The notes beneath the pieces were generated by a model. The model worked only from the letters and a program-made list of their open reading frames with translations, had not been told where the DNA came from and made no database searches. Made by a program: the position numbers and the translations under genes. A stretch of 51,900 nucleotides of DNA from Acutalibacteraceae bacterium (GTDB lineage: Bacteria > Bacillota > Clostridia > Oscillospirales > Acutalibacteraceae), in NCBI GenBank assembly GCA_045645685.1, contig JAZRJH010000179.1, positions 1-51,900 on the forward strand, written 5' to 3'. Numbering within the stretch: the stretch's first letter is position 1; every line of letters starts with the position of its first letter. Shown here in pieces: positions 11,601 through 18,888 of this stretch.

Positions 11601-14600
11601 GTTTTGACGGCGAATGGGTTTCTTCTTCGGATGGATTCACTCATACAAACACAGTAACAATAAATACAGAAGGTGTTTATAAGCTTACTGTCAATAGCAC
11701 AGACAACGCAGAAAACGAAGCAACATATACGTCTGCAAAGATGGTAATCAGTGCAAGCAAACCTGCAATCAATATGCTGATTGAGCCTGCAAGAACAATT
11801 GATTACTATAATGAAACTGTGGCTATGGATATAAAGATATTTGACGAGTATTTCTCATCAGATCGTGTAAAAATTACCGTTACAGCAGCGGATGCCGGCT
11901 TCAATACGATTGCAAAACCTGATTATGAAGCTTCTGGATGGACAAGAAGCGGAAGCAGCACCAACATATCCACTCTCACATTTGCTGATGAAGGCAGATA
12001 TAATGTGAAGGTTGAATATACAAATGCGGTTAATGAGTTTGCATTTGCTGAAAGAAGTTTCATTGTAGACCTTACAGCACCCGTAATTTCCAGTGACATC
12101 AAGAACTCCGATGACGAAGTAAATAATGGTGCAACATTCTATATTAAGGATAATTTCCTTGATAAGAACAGTGACGGAAAAGTTGTTTTAAATGCATCTG
12201 ACTACAGCTTTGTAGTTAAAGGCAAGAACATCAGCGGTATAGAAGATGTTGGAATGGATGATATAAACGGAATCATTCAAAATCCTGAAAACTGGACTAC
12301 TGAATGGAGTCACGCTGAAGCTACTTACATAAGCAGCATAACAATTTCCGGATTCAAGGATGCACGATATACCATTACAGTAACCGGTAAGGATAAGGCT
12401 CTCAACGATGCACCTGAATATACTACAGAACAGTTTATCGTCGACAGTACTGCTCCTTACGAAGTTAAAATTCAATACAGCGAGCCTGTAAGCATTGGCA
12501 CGGCAACCAATGGTAAGACAACATCTGAAGTCAGATATTATGACAACAAGATTAAAGTCAGACTTCAAGCTACTGACTCCACATCAGGCGTTGTTCAGTT
12601 CAACTGGGAATACAAAGTGGCTTCAGGCGCAAGCAACACTAACGTTCAGACGTTGAGCGGTGTATGTTTCCTTGATGTTTCATCGGATTTGGTAACAGAT
12701 GAAACAAGTACACAGTATGCAGAGTTCTATCTTCCTGCAGATAAACTGCAGGATATCCGTGGAAATCTTACCGTTACTGCAACAGACAGACTCGGAAATG
12801 TAAGTGAACCGTTCAAGGATCCTACAACACTCGTAATCGATACTGTAAAGCCCGAAATCGAAATTGAGTATAATCCTTCAGATCCGAAGCGTTCGGATGG
12901 CGATTATAAGGACGGCGGAACAGCATATTATGATTCAGCTGTTACAGTAAGCGTTTATGTTAAAGATGCGAATTTCACAGAAGATGCAAAATCAATCAAG
13001 AACACAAACAAGAGCATCTATAGCGGTGCGGTAATATTGTGCAACGGTGAAATACATGCAGCAAGCTGGACCAAGTCAGGAGATGTATGGAGAACTGATA
13101 TTGAACTTCCCAATGACGGCAGTTATGTAATCAGCGCTGAATATACAGACCCGTCAGGCAATAAGGCTGAGTCCGAAGAAACCGGCACATTGATTGTTGA
13201 CAGAAGCGCACCGGTTATTGAAGTTGTTTATTCACCTGACAAAGCTGTTTATACCGAAAACGGAAGAAATTATTACAATGAAGATCAGACTGCAACGATC
13301 ACTATCACAGAGCGCAACTTCAACCCTGCTGATATCATTGCTTCCGTAACAACACAGAATATCGGCGAAAGTCAGGAAACACAGACTGACATAGCTACAG
13401 CTCTTCTTACTGAATCCGCATGGAAACAAAACGGAGATATTTATACCGCAACAATAAAATATGCCACAGACGGAAACTATAAATTCAACATTGAATACAC
13501 CGATCCATCCGGCAATAAGGCAGAAGAATATGCAGGAAACGAATTCACTGTTGATAAGAGTGCGCCGACTGATATTTCAATTGATTTCAGCAACGAAATC
13601 AACGCTTCTGACGGAACTCTCTTCTACAATGCCCCTGTAAAAGTAACGCTCACAGCTAAGGATACAATTTCAGGAGTTAAATCGTTTGATTACAGCTACA
13701 CATCATCTGTAACAGGCGAAACTGAAAACGGAACAGCAAAGGCAACTGTAAACGGTGCAAATGCAAAGGCAGAGTTTTATATTCCTTCGAATGAAGCAAA
13801 GCAGTTCAAAGGTACAGTAAAAGCTTCCGCAACTGATAACTCAGGCAACAAATCTTCATTTGAAGACGGCGGAAAAACAATTATATATGATAACATTGCT
13901 CCCGTGGCTGTCATAGATCTCGGAACAGACGTCACATCAGTAAACGGAACAAGTTATTTTGCAAGTGATGTCAATGCAACAGTCACAATAGAAGAAAGCA
14001 ACTTTGATGAGAACGATGTGACTGTTTATGTTGACGGAAATCAGATCGGAACAGGTTCATGGGCAAATAACGGAGATACATGGACAACAACCGTCAGTGT
14101 ATCGTCAGACGGTCAGCATAAGATATCGGTTTCTTATACTGATAAGTCAAACAACCAGATGGAAACTCAGGAATCTGACAGCTTTGTAATTGACCACACT
14201 GCGCCTGTAATTGTTGTCAGCGGCATTAAGAACAAGGCTGCCTACAGTGATGATGAAATCGGATTCACCATTACTGCACAGGATGCCAACTTCAGTGCTG
14301 CCGGTCTTGAAACGAAGCTTACTGCAGTGGTAAAAACAGATGACGGAAAATTTGCAACAAAGAATATTGATGTCAAGAATGCATATTCAACATCCGGCGG
14401 ATATTCAATCAATGTTTCAAACCTTGAAGAAGACGGTATCTACACACTGTCATGCACCGCATCTGACCTTTGCGGAAACAGAGCAAACGGACTTTCGGTT
14501 GACGGAAAGACAGAAAGCACAATAGTTTTCTCTGTAAACAGAAAAGGTTCAACATTTGATATTGATGATAATACCAAAAATATCGTTTCAGGCAGAGGAT

Positions 14601-15310
14601 ATATCCAGACTGTTGATGGTGACATTATCATCACTGAAACAAATGTTGCTCCCATCGAAACTCATTCCGTAAAAATTAACGGCATTGAGCTTACTGAAAA
14701 TGTTAATTACAGTATAAAACCCACAGGCTCAGACGGAGAATGGTATCAGTATGAATATACTATTTTTGCAACTAACTTTGTGGAAGAAAATGACTACAGT
14801 ATTGTAATCAGTTCAACTGACGGAACAAAGAACACAGGATACAGTGACCTTAAGGGACGTCCTATTGAATTTACCGTAGATAAAACAGCGCCCATGGTTT
14901 CAGTTTCCGGAATAGAAGCAGGCGGTAGTTATAAGACTGATAAATTAACCGTAGGTGTTGCGCCGTTTGATGCGGGCGGAATGATTCAGAAGCTCGAAAT
15001 CTTTGCTGATGATAAATCCATTGCAGTTTATTCCGGCGAAGAGCTTATTGAACTTCTCAACTCATCTGACGGAAAACTTACTGTGGATATCAACGAAGGA
15101 ACTTATGACAGAATCAGATTTGTCTGCACCGATGAAGCAGGAAATGTTTACGATTCAGAAAACACCTATAAAGACATCACCGTATCACCCAATCAGTTAG
15201 TCCTCTTGTGGTCAAGAGATTGGTTTAAGGCTGCTACTATAGGCGGAACCCTTCTTATTGCAGGTTTGATTGTGCTCCTTGTTCTTAAGAAGAAAAAGAA
15301 GGAAGAATAA
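5696..15310 (+). CDS. Giant (3204 aa) surface protein/adhesin with tandem Ig-like beta repeats and C-terminal TM anchor
   Basis: Signal peptide; Ig motif YQWY...DGGTYTCKV; many [IV]D-x-x-x-P and D-x-AGN repeat signatures; ends in a hydrophobic helix plus KKKKKEE. Confidence 0.92.
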   Translation: MMNFKKGTTASKILSIVLSLVMVLSAIPMQETVAYAAEFETNQNVFSVQYLKKDVVQSGVEIKIKPNEDKDDTFSGVTDEYGVWKSDVTWESLSDVFYVYINGEAKTVTKPGKPNKFLIISDDEKKWTDRAMPLVSVVIGADKSTVTRGESFELKASAIGTPYAYQWYLDSKKIDGATERFLIIDSATLEDGGTYTCKVTDLNGDSRTSNEVTVKVSEKTPEKVTLNAYADGKEIDGDISRDSVKEVEIKLENLPKDAAVSEVEYYINDKCVSSGTTELSYVFKIEDGVEVYACKAKVAFDKTYESVEVECSVHAPLLAQDELVITVDGAEYDEETGTYNITYSASPKAKFDVTVTGGSGDGAYSLKITDEKDSSGKSLFTKGKIATASQTFTKNKWTVTVNNAGSFNLVASRASDGSYKDVEPVTISVNVAKATPEGFAFVTEAPEAVTYNENGNKFSNPVVDGFTDVVYSIESGDCATIDGKTGELTITKAGEVTVKAVLAGNKNYEEATATYTLTVNKAAQNVAFEEKAETIFYGESYSRIANPVKVETAADGYGYNHDEGVKVEYSIADETVASANEDGSLSFKDFALGTVTVKATYAGNDCYEAAEAEYTLTVEEYTVENPCTTDGDKIIAGGEWYTGDITITPAENHLIGRTNNLGDYSEWSESIVIDTEGNENGFDFYVKNIETGAISQLYTVESEAVKLDKSAPENLKVSYQTQSWYEDVIESVTFGYYNSVVTFTLEADDDVSGVEYFVWKLASDETDETVVPETTVAATETDGIYKSDVCVLGDENDLQELRGKISFVAYDFAGNSEEYEDSYVIVIDAKDPELYINTNVSPETVVNNAYPYGQADETSEDTIEIFGNEVELTFGIIEKNFFEDNAYVEINGEDVTSKLSWVASGDNHYATYTLKADADYEITLVYEDVFGEDAENKEIKKTYEASKSLAIDTEAPAVSVSLSAADYEASDVKYYDDTVTVEIAVEEEKFNPAGIVVSSVEGFKGMSIENVEYLKNADSWSYDSDIGAYKAIAEFVAADADGDYAFAVDYTDLAKKVADKAESGTFVIDTTAPQTDIESAVEPEITVNDSYPYETAEKDAENSVDIFASATEFVFKITEKNFFEDGAEVTVNGNEVSLEWNSENNVNTATYTIDKNGDYEIKLSYTDIFGNAVYESTDFVSVDMIAPEVTVVLGEADFEADDVKYYDSAVTAEIKVKEERFNPAGISVSEIEGFAGMSAENIAYLAQISSWEPEDDGYKASVIFTAKNADGDYAFAVDYTDLAKKVADKAESGTFVIDTTAPQTDIESAVEPVITLNDSYPYETAEKDAENSVDIFASETEFVFTITEKNFFEDGAEVTINGNEVSLEWNSENNVNTATYTIDKNGDYEIKLSYTDIFGNAVYESTDFVSVDMENPFVTIELNAENQVYDGIKYYNSYVVAKITVKEERFNPEDIAISEIEGLAGMSEANKNYLLDSENWQYNTESKSYSASVAFTTENAEDVYGFAVDYKDIANNSAMQVVSDTFVIDVTVPVISVDYGTARILDSDNLPLENLDNIDSNSATVYDNKDVVVTVVVEETNFDPAKVIAMLSQNFKEAKACDFDGEWVSDGDKHTNTITLREKDVYKLNITCVDRSDNKSAEYVSPKIDINDSEPSITFDVTPESENGYYKEDSLDVTVKIFDEYFAQENVDIKIETVDLDGKKIELDVEDVIPDYNDIEWTTGENFCNSIVFTFATEGRYSITVEYANAVDISDKSLCEFVLDRTAPTHEITYSESVYQTILNTITFRLFNSSKSEVKVTVKATDMVSGIKKMVVEYSEELKPEEYYGVENIVPKAEFTNNSENDEKVYEETWIVNAENATVEAKANIKVTVTDNAGNITEEEDRVDKNNEVGIDNVSSTISMSYGDAVILNSENVETDSFEESEKNNVTIYDNKNIVVTVTVNEPNFNPEKTECYLSVDYAEAQKHSFDGEWVSSSDGFTHTNTVTINTEGVYKLTVNSTDNAENEATYTSAKMVISASKPAINMLIEPARTIDYYNETVAMDIKIFDEYFSSDRVKITVTAADAGFNTIAKPDYEASGWTRSGSSTNISTLTFADEGRYNVKVEYTNAVNEFAFAERSFIVDLTAPVISSDIKNSDDEVNNGATFYIKDNFLDKNSDGKVVLNASDYSFVVKGKNISGIEDVGMDDINGIIQNPENWTTEWSHAEATYISSITISGFKDARYTITVTGKDKALNDAPEYTTEQFIVDSTAPYEVKIQYSEPVSIGTATNGKTTSEVRYYDNKIKVRLQATDSTSGVVQFNWEYKVASGASNTNVQTLSGVCFLDVSSDLVTDETSTQYAEFYLPADKLQDIRGNLTVTATDRLGNVSEPFKDPTTLVIDTVKPEIEIEYNPSDPKRSDGDYKDGGTAYYDSAVTVSVYVKDANFTEDAKSIKNTNKSIYSGAVILCNGEIHAASWTKSGDVWRTDIELPNDGSYVISAEYTDPSGNKAESEETGTLIVDRSAPVIEVVYSPDKAVYTENGRNYYNEDQTATITITERNFNPADIIASVTTQNIGESQETQTDIATALLTESAWKQNGDIYTATIKYATDGNYKFNIEYTDPSGNKAEEYAGNEFTVDKSAPTDISIDFSNEINASDGTLFYNAPVKVTLTAKDTISGVKSFDYSYTSSVTGETENGTAKATVNGANAKAEFYIPSNEAKQFKGTVKASATDNSGNKSSFEDGGKTIIYDNIAPVAVIDLGTDVTSVNGTSYFASDVNATVTIEESNFDENDVTVYVDGNQIGTGSWANNGDTWTTTVSVSSDGQHKISVSYTDKSNNQMETQESDSFVIDHTAPVIVVSGIKNKAAYSDDEIGFTITAQDANFSAAGLETKLTAVVKTDDGKFATKNIDVKNAYSTSGGYSINVSNLEEDGIYTLSCTASDLCGNRANGLSVDGKTESTIVFSVNRKGSTFDIDDNTKNIVSGRGYIQTVDGDIIITETNVAPIETHSVKINGIELTENVNYSIKPTGSDGEWYQYEYTIFATNFVEENDYSIVISSTDGTKNTGYSDLKGRPIEFTVDKTAPMVSVSGIEAGGSYKTDKLTVGVAPFDAGGMIQKLEIFADDKSIAVYSGEELIELLNSSDGKLTVDINEGTYDRIRFVCTDEAGNVYDSENTYKDITVSPNQLVLLWSRDWFKAATIGGTLLIAGLIVLLVLKKKKKEE
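8811..9934 (+). repeat. Near-identical 437-bp direct repeat (8811-9247 and 9498-9934) inside the giant gene
   Basis: Both copies encode ADGDYAFAVDYTDLAKK...YESTDFVSVDM; offset 687 bp (229 codons), few substitutions. Confidence 0.92.
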
Positions 15311-15350
15311 TTAAATCTGATTCCGCAGAAATAAGAATTATCAACTGGAA

Positions 15351-15391
15351 ATCACAGATGCAATAATCACTTGAATTATTGCATCTGTGAT
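15351..15391. terminator. 17-bp perfect inverted repeat after the giant gene (terminator or mRNA-stabilising hairpin)
   Basis: ATCACAGATGCAATAAT-cacttga-ATTATTGCATCTGTGAT; no clear T-tract. Confidence 0.65.
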
Positions 15392-15452
15392 GAATATCAA
15401 CTTTGCTTAAATGATAACACTTTATTAATTTTCAAAAAAGGAATGATTACCA

Positions 15453-15884
15453 ATGAAGAAGTTTACAGCAATTCTTCTTGCAGTTATTCTTGTATTTTCA
15501 GTATCAGTAGTTGCATTTGCTGCAGACGTTTATACTTGCCCCACATGTAACAAGAAGTATGAAGGTATCGAAGCATACAATGCATGCATTGAAAATCATA
15601 GCAAACCTGCAGAAGAGAGCGGTGAGTTGTTTGAATGTGGAACATGCCACAAGAAATACGACAACATCGAAGAATACAACGCTTGCGTTGACGACCATTT
15701 TAACAACGTCAACTATCACTACGACAAGTACATCGACCTTACAATTGTTGAACTTATCAGCTCATTTGTTGAAATTTTCAACAACACAGGTATCAAAGAA
15801 CTCTTTACTGACATTATCGAAAAGGTAGTATCATTTATCGGTGGTATTGCTGATTCAGGTATTGTTTCCGAAATCGCTGCCTGA
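15453..15884 (+). CDS. Small exported protein with two CxxC-x12-CxxxH zinc-finger-like motifs
   Basis: Signal peptide MKKFTAILLAVILVFSVSVVAFA; YTCPTC...NACIENH and FECGTC...NACVDDH; RBS AAAGGA. Confidence 0.85.
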   Translation: MKKFTAILLAVILVFSVSVVAFAADVYTCPTCNKKYEGIEAYNACIENHSKPAEESGELFECGTCHKKYDNIEEYNACVDDHFNNVNYHYDKYIDLTIVELISSFVEIFNNTGIKELFTDIIEKVVSFIGGIADSGIVSEIAA

Positions 15885-16031
15885 TTAAACATGCGATTTT
15901 CATTCGCGATTCGAAGCGAATACATTTTTATTACAAAGAAAAATAACCCCGGGTTTTAAAATCACAATTGTGGAATGAAGTGTTATCATTTAAGCAGGGC
16001 TGATATAACATATCAATATAAGGTGACTAAT

Positions 16032-17540
16032 ATGGAATATTTTTATGACAAAAACGAATCGATATTATTGGTAAAAACCAATCCTCAGAAATTTTCTGAA
16101 ATGAAAAAGCTGAGCGAACTTCTGATGCCTGAAATTGTTGACGGAAGAGGCGTTGGATTCAACTCATCCGGATTAATGAGCCTTAATGAGTTTATTTCAT
16201 ATACAACAGAAAAGGATTTGCTTTATTTTGTGTTTTTCCTTTTCAAGGCAATGAATGAATGGGCGGACAAATCCGATTCAAAGCTGGAACTTATTTTGGA
16301 TACCAATGCAATTTTTTATGAACAGAAGAAGAATCGATTCTGCTTTGCTGCAACAACAGAAAAAAACAACATTAATGCAATAGAATTTGCAACCGATCTG
16401 ATATTTAATGCCATCTTCAAAGAAAAAGAATTGCAAACTGCAGTTGAACTCATTTCATTTATAAGAGCATCAATACATACTAATGCCAGAGATATTCTTC
16501 TTTTCCTTGAAATGAGCAAATACGGAAGAGCTTATACATCTGATTGGACAAAGTTTAAAAAGACTTTTGAAAATACAACCGTCGGACACACTGAGTCTTT
16601 GGCGGATGCACATAAGAACAGCAAAATGACCCATAAAGTCAACAATTCGATGGATTTCAGCGATTTCCTTTCTGTTGACGATTTGTTCTCAGACGCAGAT
16701 TCATCTTCAGAAGAATCAACTGATATTTTTGAAGAAAAAGTTGTGCCCGAAGAGAAGATTGAAGAAGTTCAGAAAGAAACTGTATTTGTTCCTTTCATAG
16801 ATGAAGTTCAGGAAGAAGAAGCTGCAGATGTTCCTTTCGCAGAAGAAGTTCAGGAAGAAGAAGCTGCAGATGTTCCTTTCGCAGAAGAAGTTCAGGAAGA
16901 AGAAGCTGCAGATGTTCCTTTCGTAGAAGAAGTTCAGGAAGAAGCTGCAGATGTTCCTTTCGTAGAAGAAGTTCAGGAAGAAGCTGCAGATGTTCCTTTC
17001 GTAGAAGAAGTTCAGGAAGAAGCTGCAGATGTTCCTTTCATAGAAGAAGTTCAGGAAGAAGCTGCAGATGTTCCTTTCGTAGAAGAAGTTCAGGAAGAAG
17101 CTGCAGATGTTCCTTTCGTAGAAGAAGTTCAGGAAGAAGCTATAGATTCCTATCCTGTAGGCTATGATACGTATACCGATATCGATGATGACATCGAAGA
17201 TCAGACAATGATATTGGAAGAAGAAGATATGCCGGAAGAAACACTCGTGGCGTATCTTAAGGGTTCGGACGGAACAATTGTTGAGATAAGCAAAGATTAT
17301 TTTGTAATCGGAAGGAATTCAAAAGAATCTGATTTTGCTGTAAGGGATTCCTCAATGAGCAGAAAACACGCCGCAATAATCAGAATAGACAATGAGTTTT
17401 ATATTGAAGATCTCAATTCAACCAACAAAACTTATCTTGACAATGAACAGATTTTACCAAATGTCAGAAAGCTTTTGTCCGATGGCAGTGTGATTTTTGT
17501 TTCAAGAAACAAGTATATATTTAATGTTGAGAGGCGTTGA
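16032..17540 (+). CDS. FHA-domain protein with acidic tandem-repeat linker
   Basis: C-terminal FVIGR...SRKHA...DLNSTNKTY FHA; start placed at ATG 16032 after AAGGTG. Confidence 0.9.
   Translation: MEYFYDKNESILLVKTNPQKFSEMKKLSELLMPEIVDGRGVGFNSSGLMSLNEFISYTTEKDLLYFVFFLFKAMNEWADKSDSKLELILDTNAIFYEQKKNRFCFAATTEKNNINAIEFATDLIFNAIFKEKELQTAVELISFIRASIHTNARDILLFLEMSKYGRAYTSDWTKFKKTFENTTVGHTESLADAHKNSKMTHKVNNSMDFSDFLSVDDLFSDADSSSEESTDIFEEKVVPEEKIEEVQKETVFVPFIDEVQEEEAADVPFAEEVQEEEAADVPFAEEVQEEEAADVPFVEEVQEEAADVPFVEEVQEEAADVPFVEEVQEEAADVPFIEEVQEEAADVPFVEEVQEEAADVPFVEEVQEEAIDSYPVGYDTYTDIDDDIEDQTMILEEEDMPEETLVAYLKGSDGTIVEISKDYFVIGRNSKESDFAVRDSSMSRKHAAIIRIDNEFYIEDLNSTNKTYLDNEQILPNVRKLLSDGSVIFVSRNKYIFNVERR
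16788..17147 (+). repeat. In-frame tandem repeat, 9 units (3 x 42 bp, 6 x 39 bp) encoding VPFxEEVQEE(E)AAD
   Basis: Direct reading of GTTCCTTTCGTAGAAGAAGTTCAGGAAGAAGCTGCAGAT units. Confidence 0.95.
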
Positions 17541-18088
17541 ATATGCAGTCTGTCAAAAAATCAGCTGATAGAACCGATAAGGTTTGTGCTGTGTGCGGAA
17601 ATGCAATAAAAACCCCTGCTCCTGTTGATGATTTATGTGGCAGTTGTTTTGAAAAAGAGGTCATGTTATCTCGTCTTATTGAATATTTGCAGGATGCGGA
17701 TGCTGAAAAGCTTAACATAATTCAATCATTTTCTTTTAAAGAAAACGTGGGTTGTATTTCTCCTGAATCATCCGGTTCTTGTAAAAAAAGCAATCAAAAG
17801 GCATTTCTTGTCAGGGTTACAAACAAAGAAAAATTCGAGTTGATATCTCCGATAACCGTATTTGGTCGCAGCAAAGAAAAAGCCGATTATGTTTTGCCTA
17901 GTAACGTTATGAGCGGAAAACACGCTTCGGTAATAATTGAAAATAATAATTATTACTTGGAAGATAACTCTTCCAGCAACGGAACATGGCTAAACGGCCA
18001 GAAGCTGAAACCGAACAACAGAACGTTGCTTTGTCAGAATGACAAAATACGGTTTGCTAACGAAGAATTGATATTTAGTGTTATGTGA
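17537..18088 (+). CDS. Zn-ribbon plus FHA-domain protein
   Basis: CAVC...CGSC; VFGR...SGKHA...SSNGTWLNG. Confidence 0.9.
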   Translation: MNMQSVKKSADRTDKVCAVCGNAIKTPAPVDDLCGSCFEKEVMLSRLIEYLQDADAEKLNIIQSFSFKENVGCISPESSGSCKKSNQKAFLVRVTNKEKFELISPITVFGRSKEKADYVLPSNVMSGKHASVIIENNNYYLEDNSSSNGTWLNGQKLKPNNRTLLCQNDKIRFANEELIFSVM

Positions 18089-18098
18089 GAAGGAATTA

Positions 18099-18872
18099 AT
18101 GATGGAGTATAAGGTTTCAGTATATACGGATTCCGGAATTAGAAAAAAAGTTAATCAGGACTCATGCAGTGTTCAGGTTGCAGAAACTGCATACGGACAG
18201 TCTTTGCTTGCGATTGTGTGCGACGGAGTAGGCGGATTGAAGAGCGGAGAGCAAGCCAGCGCAACGGCGACCAAAAAACTGAGTGATTGGTTTGAAAATG
18301 AGTTTCCTGCTCTTTTGGAAAAGAAGACCCCGCTTCTGAAAATCAAAGATATATTATTTGATATTCTTGGCGAAATTAATCAGACATTGAAAAAGTATGG
18401 AAATGCCAAAGGAATGAATTTAGGCACAACAATCGCCATGGTACTGGCGTTTTCAAACATGGCACTGTTGATAAACGTCGGAGACAGCCGTATTTATTGT
18501 ATCAGAAACAATACGGTACACAAACTCTCGCACGATCAGACGGTTGCACAAAGAGAAGTTGAAAAAGGCAGACTTTCTCCCGAAAACGTGCTTCAGGACA
18601 AGAGAAGCCATGTTCTTTTGCAGTGTATCGGAGCTTCGGAAAGCATTGCTCCCGATTTTTCCATAATAAATATTGAAAGCAATGATGTATTTCTTATCTG
18701 TACCGATGGTTTTTACAGAAAAACCAATGATAACGAACTCGTCTTTAACCTTGCATCGTCAATGAATTCATCAGAGGATGCAATGAAGAGATCGTTGATG
18801 CTCATATCGGATATGGTAAAAAATCGTGGTGAACCCGATAATATTACGGCTGTTGCAATAAAGGCTGAATAA
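18099..18872 (+). CDS. PP2C-family Ser/Thr phosphatase
   Basis: RxxNQD, CDGVGG, GTT, NVGDSR, CTDG, DNIT motifs. Confidence 0.96.
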   Translation: MMEYKVSVYTDSGIRKKVNQDSCSVQVAETAYGQSLLAIVCDGVGGLKSGEQASATATKKLSDWFENEFPALLEKKTPLLKIKDILFDILGEINQTLKKYGNAKGMNLGTTIAMVLAFSNMALLINVGDSRIYCIRNNTVHKLSHDQTVAQREVEKGRLSPENVLQDKRSHVLLQCIGASESIAPDFSIINIESNDVFLICTDGFYRKTNDNELVFNLASSMNSSEDAMKRSLMLISDMVKNRGEPDNITAVAIKAE

Positions 18873-18888
18873 AACATTTTGTTTTCAG

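Noticed and set aside
15636-15650. CxxCH heme c attachment site (CGTCH)
   Set aside because: The paralogous first repeat has CPTCN and both fit zinc-finger spacing better; no cytochrome c maturation genes in the window.
16788-17147. Possible CRISPR array (39-42 bp periodicity)
   Set aside because: Units are head-to-tail with no unique spacers, stay in frame within a CDS, and there are no cas genes.
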